DNA from: Mobula hypostoma
Lineage: Eukaryota
Assembly (NCBI RefSeq): GCF_963921235.1
Contig: NC_086098.1
Span: 3,162,001-3,226,000 of the forward strand
Reading direction: 5' to 3'
DNA: 64,000 nt
Of the stretch, positions 1-11,109 are shown piece by piece. How positions within the stretch are numbered: position 1 is the stretch's first letter; each line of letters starts with the position of its first letter. The notes below the pieces were generated by a model that was not told the DNA's origin, made no database searches, and saw only the letters and a program-made list of their open reading frames with translations. The position numbers and the translations under genes are program-made.

Positions 1-200
1 CAGGGACTCAATGTTCTCAGTATTTTTTATTTTTTATTTGCACATTTTGTCTTCTCTTTTCAGACTTTGTTTATGGATAATTGTTTTTCAGAAATTCTAT
101 TGTATTTATATATGTAAATGGCCACAATAAATTGAATCTCAGGGTTGTACTTGGTGACATAGATGTACTTTTATATTAAATTGACTTTGACTTTGATTTT
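1..200 (+). mobile_element. 3' UTR/tail of a Rex1/Babar-type LINE (window edge)
   Basis: AATCTCAGGGTTGTA...GTGACAT...TACTTT motif followed by a (TTTGAC)n tail. The same tail follows a Rex1 ORF end at 51895-52337 and recurs at 6270-6352, 35180-35245 and 48240-48487. Confidence 0.55.
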
Positions 201-651
201 CACTTTGGAGACTAGAGCCTTGGAACCTTGAGGAAGAGGTGGGATGGGATGAGTGATTAGGAATTGACTGAAGACAGCCACCAGGACAATAAATGTATCT
301 TCTTGAAATGTTTGGAGGGTATCCCAGTTTGGCACTCTGTTAGTAGACAGTATTCTCCTGGAACTAACCATTAATGTGCATTACTAAGCCAGCAGGGTCC
401 AAGTTCTGTGATAATATTCTGAAATTTGCATTGTCCAATCACTGGATTCACTTCATAATGGCTTATGGCTGTTTTCACAATTGTGGAGTGTCTAGCTGAA
501 TTTTCAGGGGGATGTGAAATAAGCAGGGAATTATATTAATTGGATTGTACTCTGAATTTTCAGTTGGATGGAGGTGATAAAGCAGTAGTGTTTTGCAATA
601 GAATTTCCAGGCACTTGTAGAAATGGCCAAAAATGTAGTCACTGGTGAACA

Positions 652-1530
652 TACAAAGTTCAAAGTACACTTATTGTCACAGAATATATAAATTATACAA
701 CCTTATTATACATCTGCTTACTGGCAGCCACAAAGCAAGAAACCCAAAAGAACCCAATTTAAAAAAAAGACCAGCACCCAATGTACAGAGAAAGAGAAAA
801 AACACAAATCGTGCAAACAGTAAAAGCAAGCAACAGCATTCAGAATGAAATTGAGCCCATAGACCCGGAACCTGGAGCCCGGAGCTGATGGAGTCAGCCC
901 ATAGCCTCAGCTTCAGCCTCAGTACATCACACAGCTGGGCAAACTGCCACGAAGCTCGCAGGCCGGGAGTCTGGAGTAGCCAGAGCCTCAGCGCCAAGCA
1001 ATGTGGAGAAAATGTTGTGAAGCAGAACCAGTACTGACCTTCACCTCTGGTCCCGACACCCTGTCATTTCAGCCCATCTGACCCAGAGTTTAAATTGTCT
1101 AAACACCAGGTCATCTCTCACTCTTGGAACCAGGCCTTGCTGCAGCAATACGCTCCAGGCCTGGACCCCGTCACCATGTTCCGGCCCATACTCAACCTTT
1201 CCAAATTGACCTGGCACTTAGATCAATCCAACCCTACTCTCAATGTAAGTGGACGGGCCACGAATCTGCCCCCCTCCATTCAGACTTTCTCCACCTTGCT
1301 TGCTCCAGCTCTGACTTCATCTTGAACATGTCTCGACTTCACTCCGGCCACTCGAACATGCCTCAATTTCACTCCAAATCTATCTCGCACCCATATGCCT
1401 CGACCTCAGATCAGCCTCACCTCCACTCACTTCTTTATTGTTTGCAGTGATTGTTTCCACAGAAAATGTGTTGTTAATAGAGTATTTAGTTGCACTTCCT
1501 GCTTTGAAAACCATCTTCAGCAGAGCCAAC
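652..1530 (-). mobile_element. Probable non-autonomous non-LTR element with Rex1-type tail
   Basis: On the minus strand it starts near GAAGATGG (~1520), has a non-coding GC-richer body and ends in the shared ...GGTTGTATA...TACTTTGAACTTTG tail. Confidence 0.4.
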
Positions 1531-1551
1531 TGAAACCAGAGAGCACCATCA

Positions 1552-1817
1552 GGACATGCTAGCATCGCAGTTACCATGATACTTTATTGTAGCATCAATC
1601 AGAGATGAGAGTTCAGTTCCCGCCGCTGCCTGGAGGTGTTTGTATGTTCTACCCCTGACAGTGTGGTTTTTCTCCGAGTTTCCCCCACATTCCAAAGGCC
1701 TACGGGTTAGAGTTTGTGAGATATGGGTGTGCGATATTGGCACTGCAAGCATGGCCACACTTGTCAGCTGCCCCCCGGCACAACGTTGATGGTTAGCACA
1801 AAACAATACGTTTCACT
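1552..1817 (+). mobile_element. Degenerate V-SINE (HE1-like)
   Basis: B-box-like GTTCAGTTCC, then a V-domain-like GTGGTTTTTCTCCGAGTTTCCCCCACATTCCAAAG. Confidence 0.55.
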
Positions 1818-1834
1818 CAACCTATCTCATAAAA

Positions 1835-2038
1835 ACACTCACAACACACTGGAGGAACTCAGCAGGTCGGGCAGCATCCATGGAAAAGATTGGTCGACGT
1901 TTCGGGCCAGAACCCTTCGTCAGGACGGCCCGAAACGTCGACCGACCTTTTCCACGGATGCTGCCTGACCTGCTGAGTTTCTCCAGCACGTTGTGAGTGT
2001 TGCTTTGACCCCAGCATCTGCAGATTATTTTGTGTTTA
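1835..2038. mobile_element. Penelope-like hairpin mini-element (inverted pLTR halves)
   Basis: About 75-bp inverted arms (1834-1908 and 1927-2001) around an 18-nt spacer. Flanked by the 13-bp direct repeat CTATCTCATAAAA (1822-1834, 2039-2051). Confidence 0.8.
1893..1926 (-). ncRNA. Minimal type I hammerhead ribozyme motif (Penelope pLTR)
   Basis: Minus strand reads GTC CTGACGA A GGG TTCTGG CCC GAAA CG TC GAC: CUGANGA and GAAA core boxes, stem II GGG/CCC, GUC cleavage triplet, stem I GTC/GAC. Confidence 0.7.
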
Positions 2039-2074
2039 CTATCTCATAAAACATGTTTGCTAATGCAGGCAGCA

Positions 2075-2305
2075 TCCTGGGTAGGTGGGAGAGTCATGAA
2101 GTAAGAAGCTGACAGGTGATAGGTGTAAGAGGTAAAGGGCTGAAGAAGAAGGAATCTGATAGGAGAGGAGATCTGACAATGGGAGAAAGGGAAGGCGGAG
2201 TGCCACCAGAGGGAAGTGATGGGCAAGTGAGTAGAAGAAGGATAAGAGAAGAGCCAGAATGGGGAAATGGAAAAAGGAAGAAGGGGGAGGAAAGAGAAAT
2301 TACTG
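2075..2305 (-). mobile_element. Penelope-like 3' UTR/pLTR fragment
   Basis: Purine-rich GAATCTGATAGGAGAGGA...CACCAGAGGGA tract matching the region downstream of the GIY-YIG ORF at 52500-52730. Confidence 0.7.
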
Positions 2306-3165
2306 GAATTTAGAGTTATGCAATAAGGCTGGGAAAAATATAAATTTATAGAGCTCCTCAATGAATGATTTTGGAATGTGCCAGAGCACCACAATACACT
2401 GTGAAAATGTATTGGACATGTCATGTGGAATGACAAAATTGTAGTTCTGTGCCAAGGGTAGAGTGAAGATATAATGTTAATTATATTAATTTATATTAAT
2501 TACATGCAAAAAAATATTGTATCACAGTAGGAAATATTCACATGCTCAAAAAGACTGGACAAAAATGATTAAGAAGGCATCCCAATAAAATAAATATTCT
2601 GACACCTGCAGAAAGTTTTCACTGATATTTAAAGCAAATCCTAAATTATTTAATAGAATATGCAATGTTACATCATAGTACAGGCCCTACAGCCCACGAT
2701 GTTGTGCTGAGCTTGTATCTGACACCAAGATCAATCTGATGCTTCCCTCCCACACAGCTCTCCATTTTTTTTATCACCTATGTGCCCATCTAGGAGTTTC
2801 CTAAATGCCACTAATGTATCTGCCTCTCCCACCCCTGCAGCAGTGTGTTCCACACACCCACCACTCTCTGTGTAAAAAACTTATCTCTGACATCCCCCCA
2901 ATATTTTACACCAATCACTTTAAAATTATACCACCTGGTATTATCTATTTCCACCTCAGGAAAAAATCCTTGGCTGTCCACTCCATCTGTGTAGCACTTC
3001 ATCTTGTACACCTCTATCAAGTCTACTCTTCACTCCAAAGAGAAAAATCTGAACTCGCTCAACATCTCTTCATAAAACATGCTCTCTAATCCAGGCAGTA
3101 TTTGGTAAATCTCCTCTGCACCCTCTCTGAAGCCTCTACGAAGCCTCTACATCCTTCCTATACTG

Positions 3166-4274
3166 TGTTACATGCCTCATGGATATCTTGTGACTGCCTT
3201 ATGAGGATGAAGTAAATGGTCTTGTGGAGGTCACATGATGTAATTTTCCCACCAATGTGAGGTCATGTGATGACCTGTTCTCACCAGATATGTAAGGGTA
3301 GACCCCTGGTGACGCAGTTAGTTTTCAGTTTAAATCGTCAGTGAGATACTCCAGTATGCTGCGTATTTGCCCTATTGATGCAGTTTAATTTTAAAATGGA
3401 GTTTTACTGTCATACGGCCAGATTTGGGAACAGCTTCTTTCCAACTGTGATAAGACTGCTGAACGGATCCTGACCCGGATCTGGGCCGTACCCTCCAAAT
3501 ATCCGGACCTGCCTCTCGGTTTTTTTGCACTACCTTACTTTCCCTTTTCTATTTTCTATTTATGATTTATAATGTAAATTTTTAATATTTACTATCGACT
3601 TGTACTCCAGGGAGCATGAAGAGCAGAATCAAATATCACTGTGATGATTGTACGCTCTAGTATCAATTGTTTGGCAACAATAAAGTATAAAGTATTGTAA
3701 GGTATAGAAGTGTTGGGCCAGCAGTTTCACCAATAGCTGCCAGATTTGAAGACGGGAACCTGAAGGAGTCGTTCGGCGGTTTTGGAGAGGATCGACCATT
3801 ATTGAATTCGTTCAAGAAAGAGTGATCTGCATGAGATAACCTCTGCTAAAGCAGAAAAGGTTGTGCAGTATCTTGTCTATTCTACAGAGAAAAAGGTCAG
3901 TGCCTTTAAACCATTTTATGTTTTTATTTCCGTCGTCGTGAATCCTGCGGACAAGGCAGATTCCGGCTGGGATCGACAGTAACATCCAGTCGCGAGGAAT
4001 TCTTTACTTCAGGAAAGTCTCTCCTTATTGACTGTATAAATATCTTGGACTTTCAGATTTACCATTCTAAGAACTATGTTCCAATTAAAGCATTTACCGC
4101 TTTGAGAACTAGTACTGAGTCTGGCGGTTTGTTAAGTGGCCGCATAGCAGTTTACTTCCGGTTAAGGTTTTCGTTTGTTTATCCTTTGACTAGTATTGAG
4201 CAGAGTTTAATAAATGTTTATTTGTTTATAAACTCTTACTCATTTCTATATTCATTGTTGCCGGTCACGTGACA
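3166..4274 (+). mobile_element. Solo LTR (Gypsy-like), containing a Rex1 insertion
   Basis: Termini TGTTAC...GTGACA, perfect 4-bp TSD ACTG (3162-3165, 4275-4278), AATAAA near the right end, no internal coding region. Confidence 0.8.
3411..3692 (+). mobile_element. Young Rex1/Babar LINE 3' end inserted in the LTR
   Basis: Encodes ARFGNSFFPTVIRLLNGS*, ends in an (AAAGT)-type tail, nearly identical to 31674-31960. Confidence 0.8.
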
Positions 4275-4309
4275 ACTGAGATGACCAGAACTGAGCACAG
4301 TACTCCGAG

Positions 4310-4403
4310 CAGCACACGCACAATGCTGGAGGAACTCAGGAGGCCAGTGAGGCAGCATCTATGGAGAAGAGTAACCAGTCGATGTTCTGGGCCGAGACCC
4401 TTT
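4310..4403 (-). mobile_element. Penelope pLTR fragment
   Basis: TGCTGGAGGAACTCAG...GGCAGCATCTATGG...GGGCCGAGACCC hallmark. Confidence 0.7.
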
Positions 4404-4419
4404 CTCACGCTGCAATTTG

Positions 4420-4932
4420 TTTCTTTAAGGCTGTTACAGCTGGGTTAAGTAGTGGGGATAAGCTCCCACGATCTATTAAATGCTCCCATTGGTGTATGTC
4501 TCGAATAGCCTCTGACAATCAAGTCCAGCTCCTGGCCTGCACGAGTGGCTTAGTTACTGAGCCTGGTAGAGCCACTTCTACTGAGAGGAGGGGTGCTGCC
4601 TCGTCAGCTGTGGTTGACAACTCATCTAGGAGAAGAAAACCTCTGATCTCAAACCTCCGCTACCTTGGGACTATACCCACTCATGGGGAAGGCTTTGGGA
4701 ATAATCCCTGAGGGAAAAATCTGGAGCTGGAGACCCTAAGGCAGTCCTACATTTTGTTCAACTCCTGCAACACTGCAGCTGCCAAACTGTATCAGTTTCT
4801 GCTGTTCCTTTGGGTTCATCAGATGAGTGGAGAGGGGGAGCTTGCTTTTCATATTGTACTGCCCTGGCCTGCAAACCTAGACAGCTGAGACACAACATCC
4901 ATGGTCGACACTTACCAATGGAGGCCTACAAC
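4420..4932 (+). mobile_element. Non-coding interspersed repeat (probable RTE-type non-autonomous element)
   Basis: A second copy lies in reverse at 22343-22990 (AAGTCCAGCTCCTGGC and other shared blocks). Its 3' end resembles the tail of the SINE at 10633-10947. Confidence 0.55.
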
Positions 4933-5115
4933 TATAAAGCTGTAAATCTATATATATTGATTTCATCATCTACACTGTATAACTTTGACATAATTAGCAA
5001 ACAGCTAAAACCCTTGTACATTGTAATTAAAATTGCTTGAGTTCAATGTCATGAAATGTTCAATCTGATTTAAAACCTTTATCATTAACAAACTTATGAG
5101 CAAATGCTGAACAAA

Positions 5116-5358
5116 AGAAACATAGAAGCATAGAAAACCTACAGCACAACACAAGCCCTTTGCCCCACAAAGTTGTGCCGAACCTTAGAACTACCTAGGC
5201 TTACCCACAGCCCTCTATTTTTCTCAGCTCCATGTACCTATCCAGGAGCCTCTTAAAAGACCCTATCATTTCCACCTCCGCCACCATAGCCAGCAGCCCA
5301 TTCCACGCACTCACCACTCCCTGCGTAAAAAACTTACCCCTGACATCTCGTCTGTACC
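5116..5358 (-). mobile_element. CR1 LINE 3' end
   Basis: (TTCTATG)n-type tail, GGCACAAC..GTGGG 3' UTR and FFTQGVVSAWNGL remnant. Confidence 0.75.
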
Positions 5359-5487
5359 TAGAACTTAATTTTATAATTTATATCTCTTGTCTGGAGGATA
5401 CTCAGAGAAAATCATAGAGCATCCTATCCCATAATGGGCAAGCTCATTTTTACATTTATTATCAAGCTATTGTCAAGCTATTTTATT

Positions 5488-5697
5488 TACCGTGCCTATG
5501 GACTGTTCTCCATCAAATTATGGTATTGCTTTGCACTGCTGTAACTATATGGTATAATTATGTGGTTTTGTCAGTGTTAGTCTTTGGTCTGTCTTGTTTT
5601 CTGTGATATCACTCCGGAGAAACATTGTATCATTTCTTAATGCATGTATGCATTTCTAAATGACAATAAAAGAGGACTGAGTGTTCTCATAATCTAA
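5488..5697 (+). mobile_element. 3' fragment of the ~680-bp AAGATGG non-autonomous element
   Basis: Near-identical to 50720-50927 and similar to 30545-30770; ends CTCATAATCT. Confidence 0.75.
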
Positions 5698-5724
5698 GCT
5701 GTTAAATGGTGTTCTATTATATTC

Positions 5725-6237
5725 CTTGGGGTGTATGGGGCGTCCAGGGAGGGGTAGCACCTCTGGTGAAGGGGCTTGTTGTGTCCATTCTGGGGCAGCT
5801 CACTCACCCTTGATCCCCACTGGACACTCACCTCTCACCTGTGGCTCTAAATAGATGCCTGCATGCCACACCCCCGTACACCACTTCAACCAGGTGAGGG
5901 CAGCCAGCGAGCCTCATACCCCAGTGAGATAGGGACATTCGTCTCTTAACATGTGAAGTCAGCTTTGGCAGGCTGGGCAGATGAGATCTACAGTGAGATC
6001 CAACGGCCCGGAAGCTGCTTTGCATCTCTCCATGGAGAGCGAAGGGCGTGACGAGGCACAGAAGTCATATCATCCACTGCAACCAAGGAAGATCCCAAAT
6101 GTGACAACTACTCATACCAGTAGACCTGGACTTCTGAGCTTGAGAAAGTGAAACTGCCCCAGTGCAATGGTTTTTCCACGTTAAAAACTCTCCTGCACAG
6201 GTTTCCTGTCATTATCGGATATGACGGCCAACTACCA
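5725..6237 (+). mobile_element. Possible RTE-clade 5' UTR-derived non-autonomous element
   Basis: GC-richer block starting AGCACCTCTGGTGAAGGGGCTTG, reminiscent of RTE/Expander 5' UTRs. No second copy in the window. Confidence 0.3.
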
Positions 6238-6537
6238 TTACATTTCTTAGAACCAACAGGACAGTTACTACTATGTATGCCTGCAAGAAAATTAATCTCA
6301 GGGCTATGTATGGTGACATATATGCACTTTGATAATAAATTTGCTTTGAACTCAATTACTACAATAATTGAGGGGCTTCTTCACCCAACCTGTGCCCTCC
6401 CAGTCCAGTAGCAGGAGAACCTGAACCATGGTCCTTCTTGAAAAAGAAGCGAGTGAGCAAAGTATCACTGACCCTCCAGAAATCTCCACACACTCAGCTG
6501 AAGAAGAGAAAGAATTCTTTAGTACGTAGAATTATTT

Positions 6538-7223
6538 ACACATCAGTCCTCACAGAGGGATCAGCAGTGGACGGTGTGAGTAGTTTTAAATTCCTGGATG
6601 CCCATTTCTGAAGATCTATCCCATCCTGGGCCCAATATATTGATGCAATTACAAAGAAGGCACAGCAGCAGCTATATTTCATCATGAGTTTGAGGAGAGC
6701 AGGTATGTCACTAAGGACTCTAGCACATTTCTACAGACGTACTGTGGAGAGCATTTTAACTGGTTGTATCACAGTCTGGTAATGGAGAGAGCACTCAACG
6801 GGATCAGAAAAAGCTGCAGAGCATTGAAAACTCAGTCAACTCCAAAATGGGCACCAGACTCCCCACCATTGAGGGTGTCTTCAAAAAGTGATGTCTCAAA
6901 AAAGTGGCATCCATCGTTAAGGATCACCTTCACCCAGGACATGCCCCCTTCTCAATGCTGCCATCAGGGAGGAGGCACAGGAGCCTGAAGACAGACACTC
7001 AGTGATTCAGGAACAGCTTCTTCCCCTCCACCATCAGATTTCTGAATGGACAGTGAACTCATGTACTCTACCTCACTACATTGTTCTCTCCTTTTGCACT
7101 GTCATTTATATTATCAAATTTTATTGAAATTTGTAGTATTTTATTATTATGTATTGCAATGTACTGCTGACACACATCAACAAATTTCACAGAATGTAGA
7201 TATTAAACCTGATACTGATTCTG
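6538..7223 (+). mobile_element. Rex1/Babar LINE 3' part
   Basis: Frameshifted remnants FYRRTVESILTGCITVW (DUF1891-like) and LPSGRRHRSLKTDTQ.FRNSFFP; tail ...AAACCTGATACTGATTCTGA. Confidence 0.8.
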
Positions 7224-7893
7224 AGAATATGAGCAGATCACAACACCACATTTATGTCAATGGAAAATCCTGCCTCAGACAAACATTAAAAACTGCATTG
7301 GTTTCCTCTGTGCTGATCTCTGATTTGAATACTCAGCGTTCAAATGAGTCTTTAGCAAACTATCTTCCTTGAGGATCAGGCAGGGTCTCAGAGACTGAGT
7401 CGGGGAGAATTCTGCTCAATCGTCCTTTAAACTCCTTCACTATATCAGAGAGGCATTAAAAGTCACAGCTACTGTAGGCTTTCTTTCGACTGAAAACGAA
7501 CACATCTGCACTTTCGACTGGAGAGCTGTATTTCAAGCTGAATCTTTTTGCTCATGTTAGCCTTCTTATGTGATACAAAAGTGTCAATCATTTATCTGTA
7601 CTACCTCAAATTTCAGCATAAGCCCCTGAAGAATTTTTCCTGCTTCAAGGTGTCAAGTAAAAGTAAGATTTTTTTGTGAATACAGTCCTCTGCCACAAGT
7701 ATGGATGGCTTTCATTATTCCATTTATTTATTTCACAAGATACAGCTTTGAGTGTGAATTCCCTGAAAACTGTTTATAGAACAAAGATAGATTATGAGGG
7801 AAAATGTGTGCTTGGCTACGTTGTCAATAAATGGGACAGTTCCCAAAAGTAAAACAGAAAATTTCACAGTACTGAAGGTTTCATCAAAAGACG

Positions 7894-8134
7894 TTCACTC
7901 AGTGGCCACTTTATTAGGTACACCTGTACACTTGCTTGTTAGTGCAAATATCTAATCAGCCAATCATGCGGAAGCAACTCAATAAATAAAAGCATATAGA
8001 CATAGTCAAGAGGTTCAGTTCCTGTTTAGATCAAACATCAGAATGGGGAAGAAATGTAATCTAAGTGGCTTTGACTGTGGAAAGTTTGTTAGTGCTTAAT
8101 TGGGTTGTTTGAGTATCTCAGAAACTGCTGATCT
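7894..8134 (+). mobile_element. Tc1/mariner left end with transposase N-terminus remnant
   Basis: TIR-like CACTCAGTGGCCACTTTATTAGGTACACC, then MGKKCNLSGFDCGKFVSA..LSISETAD. Same family as 44250-47703. Confidence 0.75.
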
Positions 8135-8139
8135 GGAGA

Positions 8140-8635
8140 CGGTTGGCATTGGAGAGGGTAGTGAGGATGAGGCTCACGAGGATGATTCCGGGAATGAAAG
8201 GGTTATCAAATGAGGAACATTTGATGGCTTTGGGTCTGTACTCACTGGAATTTAGGAGAATGAGGGGGGATCTCATTGAAACCTTTCGAATGTTGAAAGG
8301 CCTAGACAGAGTAGATGTGGAAAGGATGTTTTCCATGGTGGGAGAGTTTAGGACAAGAGTGCACAGCCTCAAGATAGAGGGCATCCATTTAAAACAGAGC
8401 GGAAAAATTTCTTTCGCCAGGGGATGGTGAATTTGTGGATTTTGTTACCACAGGCAGCTGTAGAGGCTAGGTAGTTAAGTGTATTTAAGGCAGGTTGATA
8501 AGTTCTTGACTTGACACTGCATCAAAGGTTACAGGGAGAAGGCTGAGGAGGGGAAAAAATGATCGGCCACAATTGAATGGCAGAGATAATTCGACGGGCC
8601 AAATGGCCTAATTCTGCTCCTATGTCTTATGGTTT
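8140..8635 (+). mobile_element. CR1 LINE 3' part
   Basis: ORF 8143-8430 RMIPGMKGLS..LGLYSLEFRRMRGDLIETF; 3' UTR GGGCCAAATGGCCTAATTCTGCTCCTATGTCTTATGG. Confidence 0.85.
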
Positions 8636-9303
8636 TATCCTTCTATAATGAGAGGGCCAGAGCTCAACGCAATACTCCATGTGTGATCTAACCAGTGTTT
8701 CATAGATCTGCAACATTACCTCACAGCTCCTGAACTCAATCCCCCGACTAATGACAAAACAACACAACATACTCCTTCTTCACAAACCTATCAAGTTGCA
8801 TGGCAACATTGAACAATGTATGGATGTGAATCCCAAGATCCCTGAGGTCCTTCAAATTGCTTAGAATCCAGCCATCAACCCTCTGATCTGCCTTTTCAAT
8901 CCAATTCTGAATCCACACAGACAAGTTTCCCCAGATTCCACGCCTCCTGACTTTCTGAAAGAGTCTACCATGGGGAACCTTATCAAATGTAACACACACA
9001 AAATACCGGAGGAACTCAGCAGGTCAGACAGCATTTACGGATAGGAACAGAGTCGATGTTTCAGGCTGAGATCCTTCATTGGGACTGCAAAGGAAGGAGA
9101 AAGAAGCGAGAATAAGAAGGTGTGGTGGTGGGGGGGGGGGGTGGAGAGTGTAAAACCTAGAAGATGATAGATGAAGCCAGGTGAGTGGGTGTGTGGGGGA
9201 TGATATTTGGAAAACGTGAAGAGCTGAAGAAGGTGCCTGATGGGAACCTTATCAAACACTTTACTGAAATCAATACACAGTACACCACATCCACTGCTCT
9301 ACC
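8636..9303 (-). mobile_element. Old CR1 RT fragment interrupted by a Penelope copy
   Basis: GRAVDVVY (9157-9351 ORF) continues to FDKVPHGRL..WIQNW (8748-8999 ORF). Confidence 0.7.
8990..9241 (-). mobile_element. Penelope pLTR fragment with TSD
   Basis: pLTR hallmark sequence flanked by the 15-bp direct repeat GGGAACCTTATCAAA (8973-8987, 9242-9256). Confidence 0.8.
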
Positions 9304-9305
9304 TT

Positions 9306-9399
9306 GCAATACACACAAAGTGCTGGAGGAGCTCAGTAGGGCAGCTAGCATCTATAGAAAAGGGTATAGTCGACGTTTCAGGCTGAGACACTTCAGCAG
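9306..9399 (-). mobile_element. Penelope pLTR fragment
   Basis: TGCTGGAGGAGCTCAG...GTCGACGTTTCAGGCTGAGAC with a mutated hammerhead core (CTGCTGA). Confidence 0.7.
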
Positions 9400-9404
9400 A
9401 AATA

Positions 9405-9812
9405 TATATACTGTATAAATAAATTAAATTAAGTAAGGTGTGCAAAAATACAGCAAAAATAGTGAGGTAATATTCATGAGTGGGTTCATTGTCCATTCAG
9501 AAATCTGATGGCGGAGGGAAAGAAGCTGTTCCTAAAATGTCGAGTGTGTGTCTTCAGGCTTCTGTACCTCACCACTGATGGTGGTAATGAGTAGAGGGCA
9601 TGCCCTGGATGGTGAGGGTCCTTAATGATGGATGCTCCCTCTTGAGACATCGCCTTTTAAAGATGGCCTTGATAATGGGGTGGCTGGTGCCCACGATGGA
9701 GCTGTCTGATTCTGCAACCCTCTGCACCTTTTTTCTGATGTAGTGCAGGGCCCCCTCCATACTAGATGGTTGTGCGATCAGTTAGGATGCTCTCCATGGT
9801 ACATCTGTGGAA
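9405..9812 (-). mobile_element. Rex1/Babar LINE 3' part
   Basis: RKKVQRVAESDSSIVGTSHP..IFKRRCLK and the AGGAACAGCTTCTT motif. Confidence 0.75.
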
Positions 9813-10632
9813 ATGGGCAGACTTGCCAACTTAGAGCAAGAAGGTGTTCGACCTCATTGGACTCAAGAGAAATTTTCCTAGACCAATACAGGGGCAACGG
9901 GAAACCCAGGCAAACACACCCATGATGGAAACCAGGACTTGTATTGGAAAAACTAATGCTGATTCTCAGCATTAGTTCTGTTGTGGGAATGGTAGGACAT
10001 TATAATAACAAGACTCAGCTTTCTGTAAATGTACAATATAATCACAGTAGGGTTCAGCCGAAGAGCCAGTTGCTAAGAAGAGGAAACTCAGTTTCTGACA
10101 TTTATAAAGCATTACACCAGGAGAGGTAACAGAATTGAACTTCATACTCAACAGTAACCCAATTGTATTAAATTAAATATATCTTTTATTTGATCAAATA
10201 GAACAAATCATGAAAACTTGTGTTAATATTGAGCTATTAATATTAAATATTACACAGCCTGTAAAGCTATAATTGTATATTACATCTCACATTCAAATTA
10301 GCATTGTATTTCTGGAATAAGGCAAGTTATTTTCAATGTTTTTATCGAATGAAGAAAAATAACTATTCTGTTTCCATGATCAATTTGTAAATGGAATTTC
10401 TTATTTTGTTTAGTACAATATTGTAAAACAACTTCTGTCTAAGATGATCAAAAAAAGGAAAAGATTAATTTGTTGTGTACTGACAAATTTAGTCAACTTT
10501 TCTGCTCAGCCTCCAAAAACAATGAATGTTCCTGTGGCCTCCATAGATTCTGTGCCTGAACCATTGTCTCCCTACCCTTTCACTGGCACAGTTGGAAATT
10601 GACACTGAACCAGACTTGAGGTTCACATCACA

Positions 10633-10947
10633 CTTTTTTTATATAGGCATCCGTTAGTCTTGTGAGACTATGGATTTGCGCTTTGGAAGGTTTCCAGGGC
10701 ACAGGCCTGGGCAAGGTTGTATGGAAGACTGGCAGTTGCCCATACTGCAAGTCTCCCCTCTCCACGACACCAATGTTGTCCAAGGGAAGGGCATTAGGAC
10801 CTATACAGCTTGGCAGCGGTGTCGTCGCAGAGCAATGTGTGGTTAAGTGCCTTGCTCAAGGACACACACGCTGCCCCAGCCAAGGCTTGAACTAGCGACC
10901 TTCAAATCACTAGACCGACGCCCTAACCACTTGGCCATGCGCCAACA
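10633..10947 (-). mobile_element. tRNA-derived SINE with GTGTCCTTGAGCAAGGCACTTAAC central domain (Meta-SINE-like)
   Basis: Minus strand: A-box TGGCCAAGTGG, B-box GTTCAAGCC, conserved core, A-rich tail. Possible CpG-decayed TSD CACATCACA/CACATTGCA. Confidence 0.7.
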
Positions 10948-11109
10948 CACATTGCATTATGACGTACATAATACTGTTTTGCTGATATGTATTATCATTC
11001 CAACATTTGTTCCCCTCTGATGATTTTTTTCCAATCAACTAACTGCTCTTTGGACTGCAACTATGCTCTTAGAAAGCTCCAGAATCAGTCCATTTGGAAG
11101 GTCTTCTTC

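Larger units (their letters stand above)
2660..4308 (-). mobile_element. CR1 LINE 3' fragment split by a solo LTR
   Basis: ORF remnant IEVYKM...FFTQRVVGVWNTL. The CR1 sequence ACATCCTTCCTATA (3149-3162) resumes as GATGACCAGAACTG after 4278. Confidence 0.8.

Noticed and set aside
1834..2001. DNA-transposon MITE or rho-independent terminator
   Set aside because: The arms are Penelope pLTR sequence, the element extends asymmetrically beyond the right arm, and loop lengths differ between copies.
6411..6527. Possible small exon (MVLLEKEASEQSITDPPEISTHSAEEEKEFF, followed by GTACGT)
   Set aside because: No recognisable protein similarity and weak splice signals; needs RNA-seq.
10875..10945. tRNA gene
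   Set aside because: The A/B boxes continue into a SINE core and tail, and no convincing acceptor stem was seen.
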